Below, piece by piece: positions 25,231 through 36,554 of a stretch of 64,000 bases of DNA. This DNA comes from Squalus acanthias. Lineage: Eukaryota. Where the stretch lies: positions 239,320,001 through 239,384,000 of the forward strand of contig CM059425.1 in NCBI GenBank assembly GCA_030390025.1, given 5' to 3'. A model generated the notes under the pieces. It did not search any database. It saw only the letters and a list, made by a program, of their open reading frames with translations, and had not been told where the DNA came from. Within the stretch, counting starts at the first letter, position 1. Every line of letters starts with the position of its first letter. A program made the translations under genes and the position numbers.

Positions 25231-26486
25231 GTGAGCTGCTTTTTCCTCTCTTTGTCGTCAGAAATATAGCATTTTGGTCATTTGTGAATTAAAAGTATAT
25301 TGAGCGATTGTCGTGCTCTTGGCATGTGACATTGAAATATACTTTCATGCTCTTTAATTCCTGTTCCTGTAATGTCATGTAAGAGGCAACACCCAAGATG
25401 GGAAATCCATGAGAGTAGAGGTGGTAGCTATATATAAACTTCATGGGAAACTACTGCACTGGAAATCTGTCAACTGCCTATTTTAAAAAAATAATTAAAA
25501 AAAAAAAAAAATCTCTATCTGGCTGATTGCAGATACAATGAGCTGATCCACATGGTCCTAAAGGAGAAAAAAAATTCTATTCTGAAAAAGAAAAATGGGG
25601 TTTGAATGCCTGCAGACCTCTCCCTCTTTTTTTTTCTCTCCCTCCCTCCCCCACATGGAGACGAGACCTGAAGAATGTGCCTGAGGTCAGGTCAAGACCA
25701 ATTGACCACTCTATGGGGCCCCACTCATGCCCTTCCCAATGCAGTAAATTTCCTCCCATTATGGCTGACATCGAACTAATAATCTTGAACCTTTTGGGGC
25801 TCAACCATCTGATCAAGTGGAAAAACAATCCTAACCTACCTCAAAAAGCAAGCAGATGTTGCCTTTCTGCAAGAACCCCCCCCAACCCACCCATCCGCCT
25901 AGTTTCTTGTTGCCTGCCAAACTCTCATGAGATTAGGTGGGCTAAACGTGGTAGCCTCATTTTATCTAAAAGTAGGAGGTTGGCCATCTCAATCATGTGC
26001 CCTCACACTGGGGATAGTCATTCCAGGGGGGGGATGGTCACTCTCTATCTTGATCAACGGGTAACTAGCTGGTGAGGTGATAACAATGTTAAATGACTGT
26101 GCCCCGAACATAGTTGCTCCTACACTCCCTAAATATATTATGCAGAAAAAATATGCTACAATATTGACATTTTCCCTTGATAAGCATGAAATTTATCCCA
26201 GCACTACAAGTGCGGTGTTGTGCCACAGGTATAATTTTAATTGGGAGAATCCAGACTGCAATTTCCTTCTACATGAAAATGATCTATGTTCAACTTGACT
26301 AATATTGAGAATTATCTGAATGATTTGCAACTGCGTTGAAACTTCTGACACTTTTTTTCGTATTTCTAGTGAAAATGTTATATTGACCTCTGCTTCTGTG
26401 ATCTTAACTGTATGATCAGGCAACTGAATGTTGGTGTAGCTGAACATGCATTTTGAAATGTTAAACATTCTCCCATCCCACTTCAG

Positions 26487-26586
26487 TGGGTTATTGTTGA
26501 ACAGGCCTGTTATGCCTACTCCATGGTGGTGGTGCCATTGTATGACACATTGGGAGCTGAAGCTATTTCCTATATCTTAAACAAAG
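26487..26586 (+). CDS. ACSL1: ACSL1 exon 6 (WVIVEQACYAYSMVVVPLYDTLGAEAISYILNK)
   Basis: cccacttcag| ... AAG|gtaggt; 100 nt; VPLYDTLG motif. Confidence 0.96.
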
Positions 26587-26894
26587 GTAGGTTTTCTACA
26601 AATAAGTTAAATTAATTTGTTACACTTACCCATGCTATTTTTTTCTTCACTTTCAGTTTTTGATTCTCTCTTCCTACAGAATAAGCCCATTTGGTGCATT
26701 ACTGTCTGCCAGCACTTTGCTAGAGCAAGTTGGAACTAATCCCACTTCCCTCTCTTTTCCCCATAGCTCTGTATATATTTTGTTTTGCTTCAAATATTTA
26801 CACAATTTTGCCTTAAACAATGCAATGGTCTCTGCCTCAATTTACTCCCTGTTACATGCTTCAATCCTGTGTGTAAAGAAATCTCCACACACAA

Positions 26895-29800
26895 TAGCAT
26901 TCCTCAGGGCAGTGTCCTAGGCCCAACCAGCTTCAGCTGCTTCGTCAATGACCTTCCCTCCATCATAAGGTCAGAAGTGGGGATGTTCGCTGGTGATTGC
27001 AGTGTTCAGTTCCATTTGCAACTCCTCAGATAATGAAGCAGTCCGTGCCCACATGCAGCAAGACCTGGACGACATTCAGGCTTGGGCTGATAAGTGGCAA
27101 GTAATTCACACCACACAAGTACCAGGCAATGACTGTCTCCAACAAGAGAGTCTAACCACCACCCCTTGACATTCAACGGCATTACCATCACCAAATCTCC
27201 CGCAATCAACATCTTGGGGGTCACCATTGACTAGAAACTTAACTGGACTAGCCACATAAATACTGTGGCTACAAGAGCAGATCAGAGGCTGGGTATTCAG
27301 TGGCAAGTATCTTATCTCCTGACTCCTCAAAGCCTTTCCACCATCTACAAGGCTAAAGGGGGTGCATGAACAGAGACCTAGGGGTGTATGTGCACAAATC
27401 GTTGAAGGGGGCAGGTTGAGAAAGCGGTTAAAAAAGCATACAGGATCCTGGGCTTCATAAATAGAGCCATCGAGTACAAAGGCAAGGAAGTTATGATGAA
27501 CCTTTTATAAGCATAGAAAAAAATAGGAGCAGGATTAGGCCATTCGGCCCTTCGAGCCTGCTCCGCCATTCAATATGATCATGGCTGATCCTCTATCTCA
27601 ATACAGGAAACTCTTTATTAACCGGCACCGACGGGACCGGCGTGGTGCCGGTTAATCAAAAAGTCCGGATAATGGAGAGTTATATCTCCCAACGTACGAG
27701 AGCCCCGTACACATTGGCATGCGCCTGCATTCAGAGCTCCGTCTCCCCGGGGACCGCCAGCTGACCATCTGTCGTGTCCGCTGCCTACCCGGGCTGCACA
27801 TTCCCCTCCCAATCTACATGCTCCGATACAAGGCAAACGCCTCGGTTTTTTTAAAGTTATTTTTAAAGGAGAGATGAAGGAAAACCCCGGTTACCTACTC
27901 AAGAATTTTGCCGGTTAAGAGAGATTTCCGGTTATTTGGGTGCCGGTTAAAAGAGTTTCCTGTACCATATTCCTGCTCTCTCCCCATACCCCTTGAAGCC
28001 TTTTGTGTCTATAGAAGCATAGAAAAATAGGAAAACACTGATCCGACCTCAGCTGGAGTATTGTGTCCAATTCAGGGCACCGCACTTTAGAAAGGATGTG
28101 AAGGCCTTAGCGAGGGTGCAGAAAAGATTTACAAGAATGGTTCCAGGAATGCAGGACTTCAGTTACGTGGATAGCCTGGAAAAGCTTGGGCTGTTCTCCT
28201 TGGAGCAGAGAAGGTAGAGAGGAGATTTGATAGGTGTTCAAAATCATGAGGGGTCTCGATAGAGTAGATAGAGAGAAACTGTTCCAATTGGCGGAAGGGT
28301 CGAGAACCAGAGGACACAGATTTAAGGTGATTGGCAGAAGAACCAAAGGCGACATGAGGGAAAACTTTTTTACGCAGCGAGTGGTTAAGATCAGGAATGC
28401 ACTGCCTGAAAGGGTGGTGGCGGAAGATTCAATCATGGCTTTCAAAAGGGAAAGTCCAAAAATGTGTGGGTTAGGTTGATTTGGCTATGATAAATTGACC
28501 CTTAGTGTTAGGGGGGATTAAATATGTGGGGTTATGGGGATAGGATGGGATATGTTAGGGGGAATTAAATACGTGGGGTTACGGGGGTAGGGTGGGATAT
28601 GTGTACTGTGGGGATTAAAGCAGGGACAGGGTACTGGATTTGGATGATCAGCCATGATCGTATTGAATGGCGGAGCAGGCTCGACGGGCCGAATGGCCTA
28701 CTCCTGCTCCTAGATTCTATGTTTCTATGTTTCTATGGAATTGGATAAGTACCTGAAGGAAAAACATTTGTAGGTCTATGGGGAAAGGGCGGGTGAGTGG
28801 GACTAGCTGAAGTGCTCTTCCGTGGCACGGGCTCGACGAGCCGAATGGCCTCTTTCTATGCTGTAACTATTCTATGATTCTAAGTCAGGAGTGTGATGGC
28901 ATATTCTCCACTTGCCTGGATGAGTGCAGCTCCAACACCCAAGAAGCTCGACACCATCCACGACAAAGCACCCCGTCCACCACCTTAAACATTCACTCCC
29001 TCCACAATCTGCGCACTGTGACTGCAGTGTGTACCATGCACTGCAGCAACTCGCCAAGGCTTCTTCGACAGCACTTCCCAAACCTGCGACTTCTACTGCC
29101 TAGAAGGACAAGGACAAGGGCAGCAGGCGCATGGGAACACCATCACCTCCAAGTCAATGGGAACAGTTTCTCTCTGTCTACTCTGCCTAGACCCCCTCAT
29201 GATTTTGAACACCTCTAGCAAATCTTCTCTGCTCTAAGGAGAATAACCCCAGCTTCTCCAGTCTATCCATGTAACTGAAGTCCCTCATCCCTGGAACCAT
29301 TCTTGTAAATCTTTTCTGCATCCTCTCAAACCTTCACATCCTTCCGAAAGTGCGGTGCCCAGAATTGGACACAATACTCCAACTGCGGTCGAACCAGTGT
29401 TTTATAAAGGTTTATCATAACTTCCTTGCTTTTGTACCCTATGGCTCTATTTATAAAGCTCAGGATCCTGTATGCTTTTTCAACCGCTTCTCAACCTGCC
29501 CTGCCACCTTCAATGATTTGTGCACATACACCCACAGGTCTCTCTGTTCTTGCACCCCCTTTAGGATTGTACCCTTTCATTTATATTGCCTCTCCTCGTT
29601 CTTCCTACCAAAATGTATCACTTCGCACTTTTCTGCGTTAAACTTCAGCTGCCATGTGTCTGCCCATTTCACCAGCCTGTCTATGTCCTCTTGAAGTCTA
29701 TCCCTATCTTCCTCACTGTTCACTATACTTCCACGTTTTGTGTCATCTGCAAATTTTGAATAGTGCCCTGTACACCTAAGTCCAAATATATCAAGAAAGA

Positions 29801-30330
29801 TGTGGTCCTAGTACCAACCCCTGAGGAACACCACTGTATACCTTCCTCCAGTCCGAAAAACAATCGTTCACCACTACGCTCTGTTTCCTGTCACTTAGCC
29901 AATTTCGTATCCATGCTGCCACTGTCCCTTTTTATTCCGTGGGCTTCACCTTTGCTGGCAAGCCTATTGTGTGGCACTTTATCAAATGCCTTTTGGAAGT
30001 CCATGTATACCACATCAACTCATCTGTTACCTCATCAAAATATTCAATCAAGTTAGTTAAACGCAATTTGCCTTTAACAAATCTGTGCTGGCCTCCCTTA
30101 ATTAATCCACACTTGTCCAAGTGACTGTTAATTCGTCGTCCCTTCATAGTTACTGGGTCAAAATCCTGTAACTCTCTCCCTAACAGCACTATGGGAGCAC
30201 CTTCACCACACAGACTGCAGTGGTTCAAGAAGGCAGCTCACCACCACCTTCTTGAGAGCAATTATGGATGGGCAATAAATGTTGGCCTTGCCAGGGACAC
30301 CCACATCCCACGAACGAATAAAAAAAAAAG
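26895..30330. mobile_element. Nested stack: LINE-B (+) hosting CR1 (+, ~27353-28879) and CR1 (-, ~29153-30130); the + CR1 hosts a CR1 tail (-, ~27510-28031) and an HE1 fragment (~28452-28737)
   Basis: LINE-B text is continuous across the inserts (catctacaagg|...|aagtcaggagtgtgatgg); 28452-28737 is near-identical to 7580-7879. Confidence 0.82.
27604..27962. mobile_element. Tc1/mariner (pogo/Tigger-like) MITE
   Basis: TIRs caggaaactcttt(at)taaccggcacc at both ends; TA at 27602-27603 and 27963-27964. Confidence 0.82.
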
Positions 30331-31619
30331 AAATTTCACAGTGCAGTACATCTTTGTGGCCCTTTGGGTGGGAGTTCCATTAGTCAATCTTTAGAGCTGC
30401 CAAATGTAAAAATTCACTGGTTCAATATAATTGATTTTAAATATAATGTAACCACCTGTGAAAAAGCAAATCTGTACACAAGAATGTAAAGCAAAGGGTT
30501 AATTAGCTTTTTTTTTTAACAAAAAAACTACTTTCCAATTAAAGTTTGTTCAAAATGTAAAACTCCAAAATATTCTCTGTTTGGTCAATACCTCATTTTG
30601 ATAGTAAATGTACTATTAACCTAGATGGGTTATATCCTGAAGAGCTTGGCTAAGAGAGGTGAATTAATATTCACTATTCCTCCCTGAACATTATAGTGCC
30701 ACTAACTGCTGTCATTTCTGTATTCCCAACTGGCCGGCACATTTTTGAACAGTTATAGTTTTCTTTTTAGAAAGTTCACAAAAGATTGGAGTGTCTCCAA
30801 GGATGCCAATAAGATGAGTTTCCTTTGTGGTTCTTTATTATGGCCAATCTATTTGGGATGGCTTCTTCATTTCCCTACCAGAAGGAAGTGACAAGTTGCC
30901 TGAGTCATTTCTGCCTCTGCAGGTTGAGCACTAGCAGAGGGACAACAGCAGAAACCTAGAAGCAAGTTGTTTTTTGCTGCTGTCCCTCTGCTCTGAGTGA
31001 CCCTAAAAAAGAAGATATTGAGGGGGGGGACTATACTACTGTAAGAATTTGGGAACTCCTTCCTCAAATTTGTGCCTTTTTTTTTGCAGCTTATTTCCCA
31101 AACACACTCCAGCTTTTTGGAGATTAGGGATTGCATATAGAATTACATAAAATTTACAGCATAGAATCAGGCCATTTGGCCCAACAGCTCTATGCCAGTG
31201 TTTATGCTCCACATGAGCCTCCTCCCTCCTTACTTCATCCAACACTATCAGCATAACCTTCTATTCCTTTCTCCCTCCTGTATTTATCTGGTTTGCCTTA
31301 AATGCTTTGCCTCAACTACTCCTTGCGGTAGCAAGTTCCACATTCTAACTACTTAAGGCGACAGTAAAGAAGTTCCCTATCAAACTCCATCAAAATTTTA
31401 AAGACTTCTCTACATGTGAGTGGGGACACCAAATAAGTTTATGTAAAAGGATTAAAGTAAGGCACTGATAACTGCAGATCAGTTATAGCCGCTGCCTGGT
31501 CATGGAAGCCACATTGAGTGAGAAGTCGTTGCAATAATGAACTTTCTGGTCACACTGGTTTTTTTTTTTGTGTGCAATTTTCTCGATGCGTAGCACAAAC
31601 TTTCAGTCGGGTTTGATGC

Positions 31620-33475
31620 TTTGGCCTTTTTGAGAAGCTGCCTTTGGCCTTATCCAATGGGTACGAGGTTCTTGCTGCCTGTGTGGATGAGGGCAAAGTC
31701 TGCAGGGTGGATGAGCAAACTGACCATGACCCCATGGTACAGGAGGCCATTCAGGTGTGGGGGGGAGTGAAAAGGAATATTGTATTGGCAGGGGACAGTA
31801 TAGTCAGGGGGATAGATACTGTTCTCTGCAGCCGCGACCGGGAGTTCCGAAGGTTGTGTTGCCTGCCCGGTACCAGGGTTAAGGATATCTCCTTGCGGCG
31901 GGAGAGGGAGGATCCAGTTGTTGTGGTCCATGTAGGAACCAACGACATGGGTAGAACTAGGAATGAGGTTCTGCCGAGAGCGTTTGAGGAGCTAGGGTTC
32001 AAATTAAAACATAGAACCTCAAAGGTAATAATCTCTGGATTGTTACCTGAGCCATGTGCAAATTGGCATCGGGACAAGTAGATCAGAGAGTTAAATGCGC
32101 GGCTGAGTGTTGAGAGGAAGGGGTTTCGATTCATGGGTACTGGCACCAGTACTAGGGAAAGCGGGGACGGGCCCACTTAAACCGGGCTGGGACCAGTGTC
32201 CTGGCGAATCGAATAACTAGGGTTGTAGATGGGGCTTTAAACTAAAAAGGGGGGCGGGGGGAGGGGTCAGGTGAGGGGAAAATTAAAAATCTAAAGAGAA
32301 TAGTCAAGGCAATGGAGCAGTGTAGCGATTTGGGTAAAGATAAGCAGAGTGTGACAGGAAGGGACAGAGAGTTTAACGGTAATAGTGCATCAGCGAATAA
32401 GGTGAAAGCAGGGAACAATGGTAAAAAGTTAAAATGAAAGGCTCTTTATCTGAATGCATGAAGCATTCGTAACAGGATAGATGAATTAGTGGCACAAAGA
32501 GATAAATGGCTTTGATCTAATAGCCATTACAGAGAAGTGGTTGCAAGGTGACCAAGGTTGGGGACTAAATATTCCACGGCACTTGACCTTTTGAAAAGAC
32601 AGGCAGAATGGAAAAGTGGGGTGGGGGTAGTTCTTCTAATAAAGGATGACATAAGGACAGTAGTAAGATAGGATCTTGGCGCAGAAGATCAGGAAGTAGA
32701 ATCAGTATGGGTGGAGATAAGAAATAACAAGGGGCAGAAAACACTGGTGGGAGTAGTTTATAGGCCCCAAACAGTAGCTATACCGTTGGACTGAGTATTA
32801 ATCAACAAATAATAGGAGCGTGTAACAAAAGTAATAAAATAATTGTGGGGGATGTTAATCTTCATATAGACTGAGCAACTCAAATTGGCAAAGGTAGTCT
32901 AGAGGACGAGTTCATGGAATGTATTTGAGACAGTTTCTTAGAACAATTTGTCGTGGAACCAGCCAGGGAAAAGGCTATTTTAGATCTTGTATTGTGCACT
33001 GAGACAAGGTTCACTAGATTGATTCTTAGGATGAGAAGGTTGTCCTATGAGGAGAGATTGAGTAGATTGGGCCTATACTCTGGAGTTTAGAAGAATGAGA
33101 GGTGATCTCATTGAAACATATAAGATTCTGAGGTGGGTTGACAGGGTAGATGCTGAGAGGTTGTTTCCCCTGGCTGGAACTAGGGGGGCATAGCTTCAGG
33201 ATAAGGGGTCGGCCATTTAAGACTGAGATGAGGAGGAATTTCTTTACTGAGGGTTGTGAATATTTGGAATTCTCTAGCACAAATGGCTGTGAATGCTGAG
33301 TCTTTTGAATATATTCAAAGCTGAGAGAGATTTTTGGACTCGAGGGGAATCAAGGGATATGGAGATCGGGCGGGAAAGTGGAGTTGAGGTTGAAGATCAG
33401 CCATGATCTTATTGAATGGTGGAGCAGGCTCGAGGGGCCGTATGGCCTACTCCTGCTCCGAATTCTTATGTTCTG
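31620..33475 (+). mobile_element. Internally deleted CR1: ORF1 SGNH-esterase + ORF2 endonuclease fused to 3' end
   Basis: ORF 31644..32081 (LAGDSIVRG, CLPG, VVHVGTNDMGR); degenerate APE coding at ~32440-33000; jumps at ~33007 to aggttcactagattgatt and the 3' UTR. Confidence 0.82.
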
Positions 33476-33874
33476 TGGAATACTTAGCTGCCTATCTGGA
33501 TGACTGAGTTGTTTTAGGTGGATATGGACAGATGGTGAGTTTTCTTCAGTTCTGAGAAGCCAAAGTCAGGCATGAGTTGAAGCAGATGGACTGTGGTGAT
33601 CAATCTTTTCTGCATTGAGGATTGAAAACTGCCTTAACTTGGTTTAAATAGGGTTGCTTGGTGGCTGGGCAGTCTATCTTTTAAATGCTAATTTATGCAA
33701 GTTTGCAGACTGGGGAAGTAGAAAATTAATCTACTCCAATTGCTGACCTATTGGGGATATGCTTGGGTGAAATGTAGTTGGTATCTCAACAGTTACACCT
33801 GTAACATGAAAGCCTTAGTTGATTAACTGTAGTTAAGCTGAGTTCTGAATGGAGTAACATCGAAGTATTTCTAT

Positions 33875-34445
33875 AGAAAATGCTGGAAATACTCAGCAGG
33901 CAGCATCTGTGGAGAGAGAAACAGAGTTAACGTTTCAGGTCGAAGAATCTTCGTCAGAACTGGAAAAAGCTGGAGATGTAACAGGTTTTTAAGCAAGTGC
34001 AGGGGCAGGGAAAGGGGGGAGGGGAGGAAAGAACAATAGGGAAGGTCTGTGATAGGATGGAAGGCAGGAAAGATTAAGTGACAAACTGGATGATGGTGTA
34101 AGGCAAAAGGAGATGGTAATGGGACAAGTTAAGAAACAAAAGATGTCTCCTAGGTGAAGTGTAAATGGCACTGGCAGAAAGAAAGACAGCTGCCGTGTGA
34201 GAGAGAGAGAGAGCGAGAAAAAAAATTAATGGAAAAAAGATAGGGGCCGAGGTTATGGTCTGAAATTATTGAACTCTATGTTGAGTCCAGAAGGCTGTAA
34301 AGTGCCTAATCGAAAGATTTGCTGTTCCTCGAGCTTACATTGAGCTTCATTGGAACAGTGCAAGAGGCTGAGGACGGTGAGGTCTGAGTTGGGAGTGGAG
34401 CGGAGAATTAAAGTGACAGGCGACCGGAAGCTCGGGGTCACCCTT
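33875..34445 (-). mobile_element. Penelope-like element 3' fragment (GIY-YIG endonuclease C-terminus + pLTR)
   Basis: ORF 34253..34453 ends ...KLEEQQIFRLGTLQPSGLNIEFNNFRP, typical of a PLE ORF end; followed by a pyrimidine-rich UTR and a hammerhead motif. Confidence 0.78.
33925..33961 (-). ncRNA. Minimal hammerhead motif (family 2), stem II partly decayed
   Basis: aguu-CUGACGA-aga(uucuucga)ccu-GAA-ACGU-U/aacu. Confidence 0.55.
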
Positions 34446-34559
34446 ATGGACACCCTTAGTCTAAAGACCCTCGTATGGGTTCACAGAACTCATGGGACTC
34501 TTTGCTTCTGTGCTTGCAGTTGCATGTATGTAAAATTGAATTTCACCTTTCTCAGTGAG

Positions 34560-34717
34560 TTTCACCTTAAAACCTACCTCTTTGACCAAGCTTTTGGTCA
34601 CCTGCCCTAATTTCTCCTTATGTGGCTCAGTGTCAAATTTTTTGTCTTTTAATACTCCTGTGCAGTGCTTTGGGACGTTTTACTACGTTAAAGGCGCTAT
34701 ATAAATACAAGTTGTTA
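34560..34717 (+). mobile_element. L2 3' tail
   Basis: cttaaaacctacctctttgacc...aaggcgctatataaatacaagttgtt. Confidence 0.8.
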
Positions 34718-35263
34718 TATATAATAAAAAATATCTTTTGCATTTTTGTTTGGAGTTGCCATTCATACCGGGAATGACCACCTAAGCAGCCGGGTTCCTA
34801 TGCTGAATTTTGGAGCAGTTCGGAGCAGAGTTCACCACTTGCCAACTTCGGTGTTGGACCTAGGGCAGACTTGCAGCAAAATTATGATTATTTTTTTTCC
34901 CCCAAAAACAATTTTTCATATCATCCTGTTTCTAAATATGTTACCAAGGTAAAACTATGCTTTCAGTCAGCCATCAATGAGGTTGGGTAGCGTATTCTGA
35001 ACGCCATCACAGGAACCACACTATTGCAGGATTGAAGAATGGTAGGTCGAAATTAAATTTCACATGGAGTATCTGTCAGTACACAGAGGGCAGGCTTACA
35101 AATACAGTTCCGTGCTCGCAACATTCCTTAGCCTCACAAAGATAATATGTGTGACACTGGAGCATAAGCTAAGATATCTTAAAAAAAAAAATACAGTTTT
35201 ATTGCAATTTTAACTAACCTTGCAGTTAAATAAGAAAGTAACCCGATGTCTCCTTGCTCTTAG

Positions 35264-35442
35264 CGGATATTTCGATTGTATTCTGTGACACAATGGTCAA
35301 AGCAGAAGCTGTACTACAGGGTGTGGAAAATGGGACAACTCCAGACATTAAGCTCATCGTTATCATGAACTTTTTTGAAGCTGTCCTAAAAGAACGAGGA
35401 AAGAACTATGGAGTCGAAATTGTTTCTTTAACGGAAATAGAG
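35264..35442 (+). CDS. ACSL1: ACSL1 exon 7 (ADISIVFCDTMVKAEAVLQGVENGTTPDIKLIVIMNFFEAVLKERGKNYGVEIVSLTEIE)
   Basis: tccttgctcttag| ... GAG|gtgagg; 179 nt; phase 1 to phase 0 fits neighbours; within ORF 35254..35514. Confidence 0.93.
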
Positions 35443-36022
35443 GTGAGGTGTCTAAAAACAATCCAGCGTTCATGTTTGCTGGCTAGCTTCTGCACCAGGC
35501 ATGCATCATTCTAAGTTTATAGCTGCATAGAGGTTAAGGATAAATCCATCTTTATTTGAAATTTCTGTTTACAACCACCCCGTCTCTTGCTTTCACATAA
35601 TTACTTCCAGCTGCGAGAGCACAGTATTTCAAATAATAGATTACGCTTAATTCCTGCTAATATTACCTCTGATTGCTCAATCAGGGTAGGTGGATATATA
35701 TATATTTTGAAATACGAGAAAGATCTTTGTTTTGCGCCTTACAAAAGTTATTGTGTAGTGCAGTGTTTTTTATTTGAGTTCTGATAAATGTACGAACAAT
35801 AGATCATCTATTGGATGGGAATGGAATAATGAAAGTAATTGCTTGGGATCAGGTTAATGTAGTGGATCAGGTTCCACGGGCAGAGGTATGCTGCTTATAT
35901 AACAAATAGGCTGATGTATGTAATATAAATCTTATCTATTGAATTTACTTGATTTGCATACCAGAACCAAAAACAGGTACATTAAATTGCAAATTTATTG
36001 TCTCTTTCTATTTTTCTTCAAG

Positions 36023-36055
36023 AATGATGGAAGGCACCAGAAATGGAAGCCAAAA
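36023..36055 (+). CDS. ACSL1: ACSL1 exon 8, 33-nt micro-exon (NDGRHQKWKPK)
   Basis: Long pyrimidine tract then ttcaag| ... AAA|gtaagt; matches the 11-aa DLGRANRRKPK exon recalled for human. Confidence 0.88.
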
Positions 36056-36084
36056 GTAAGTAAACCTTGTTTTGTCTAACTATG

Positions 36085-36160
36085 ATGCGGAGATTTTAGT
36101 AATTTTAGTAATTTTAAATAAATCTGTTGGACTATAACCTGGTGTTGTGTGACTTCTCAT
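36085..36160. mobile_element. PLE family-1 mini-insertion
   Basis: Starts (g)atgcggagat like 300 and 50880, ends ctgttggactataacctggtgttgtgtgacttctcat; TSD gtctaactatg at 36074-36084 and 36165-36175. Confidence 0.72.
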
Positions 36161-36554
36161 TTTCGTCTAACTATGTTTGTGATCAAATGAAGAGCTGCTC
36201 ATGACCAAAAATGAGTGTGGGGTTTTTAAAGCCATCTATCCAGATTTCTAAGTACTCAACCTAACATTTTCAGAAGTGTTATTTTTTTAAATTTGTTTTT
36301 ACAGTAATCTGAGATGTGACGTGGACTTTCAGACAGATTTTTATCCAGTAACTTTGTTCTCTGCGTCACTGGTCCTTGATCTTCCCTTAGCACCCCACTG
36401 CACTCCTAAGCTCCCACCTCAAACTCAATTGAACCATGGAATGGCTTCTGCCCTGTTGGTATGCAATAATACCTAAAGCATTCAATTTGTGTTCGACCCT
36501 CAGTGTACATATCTAAAAGTATTGCCAAATTTGTGGTGTCCCACAATGCACCAT

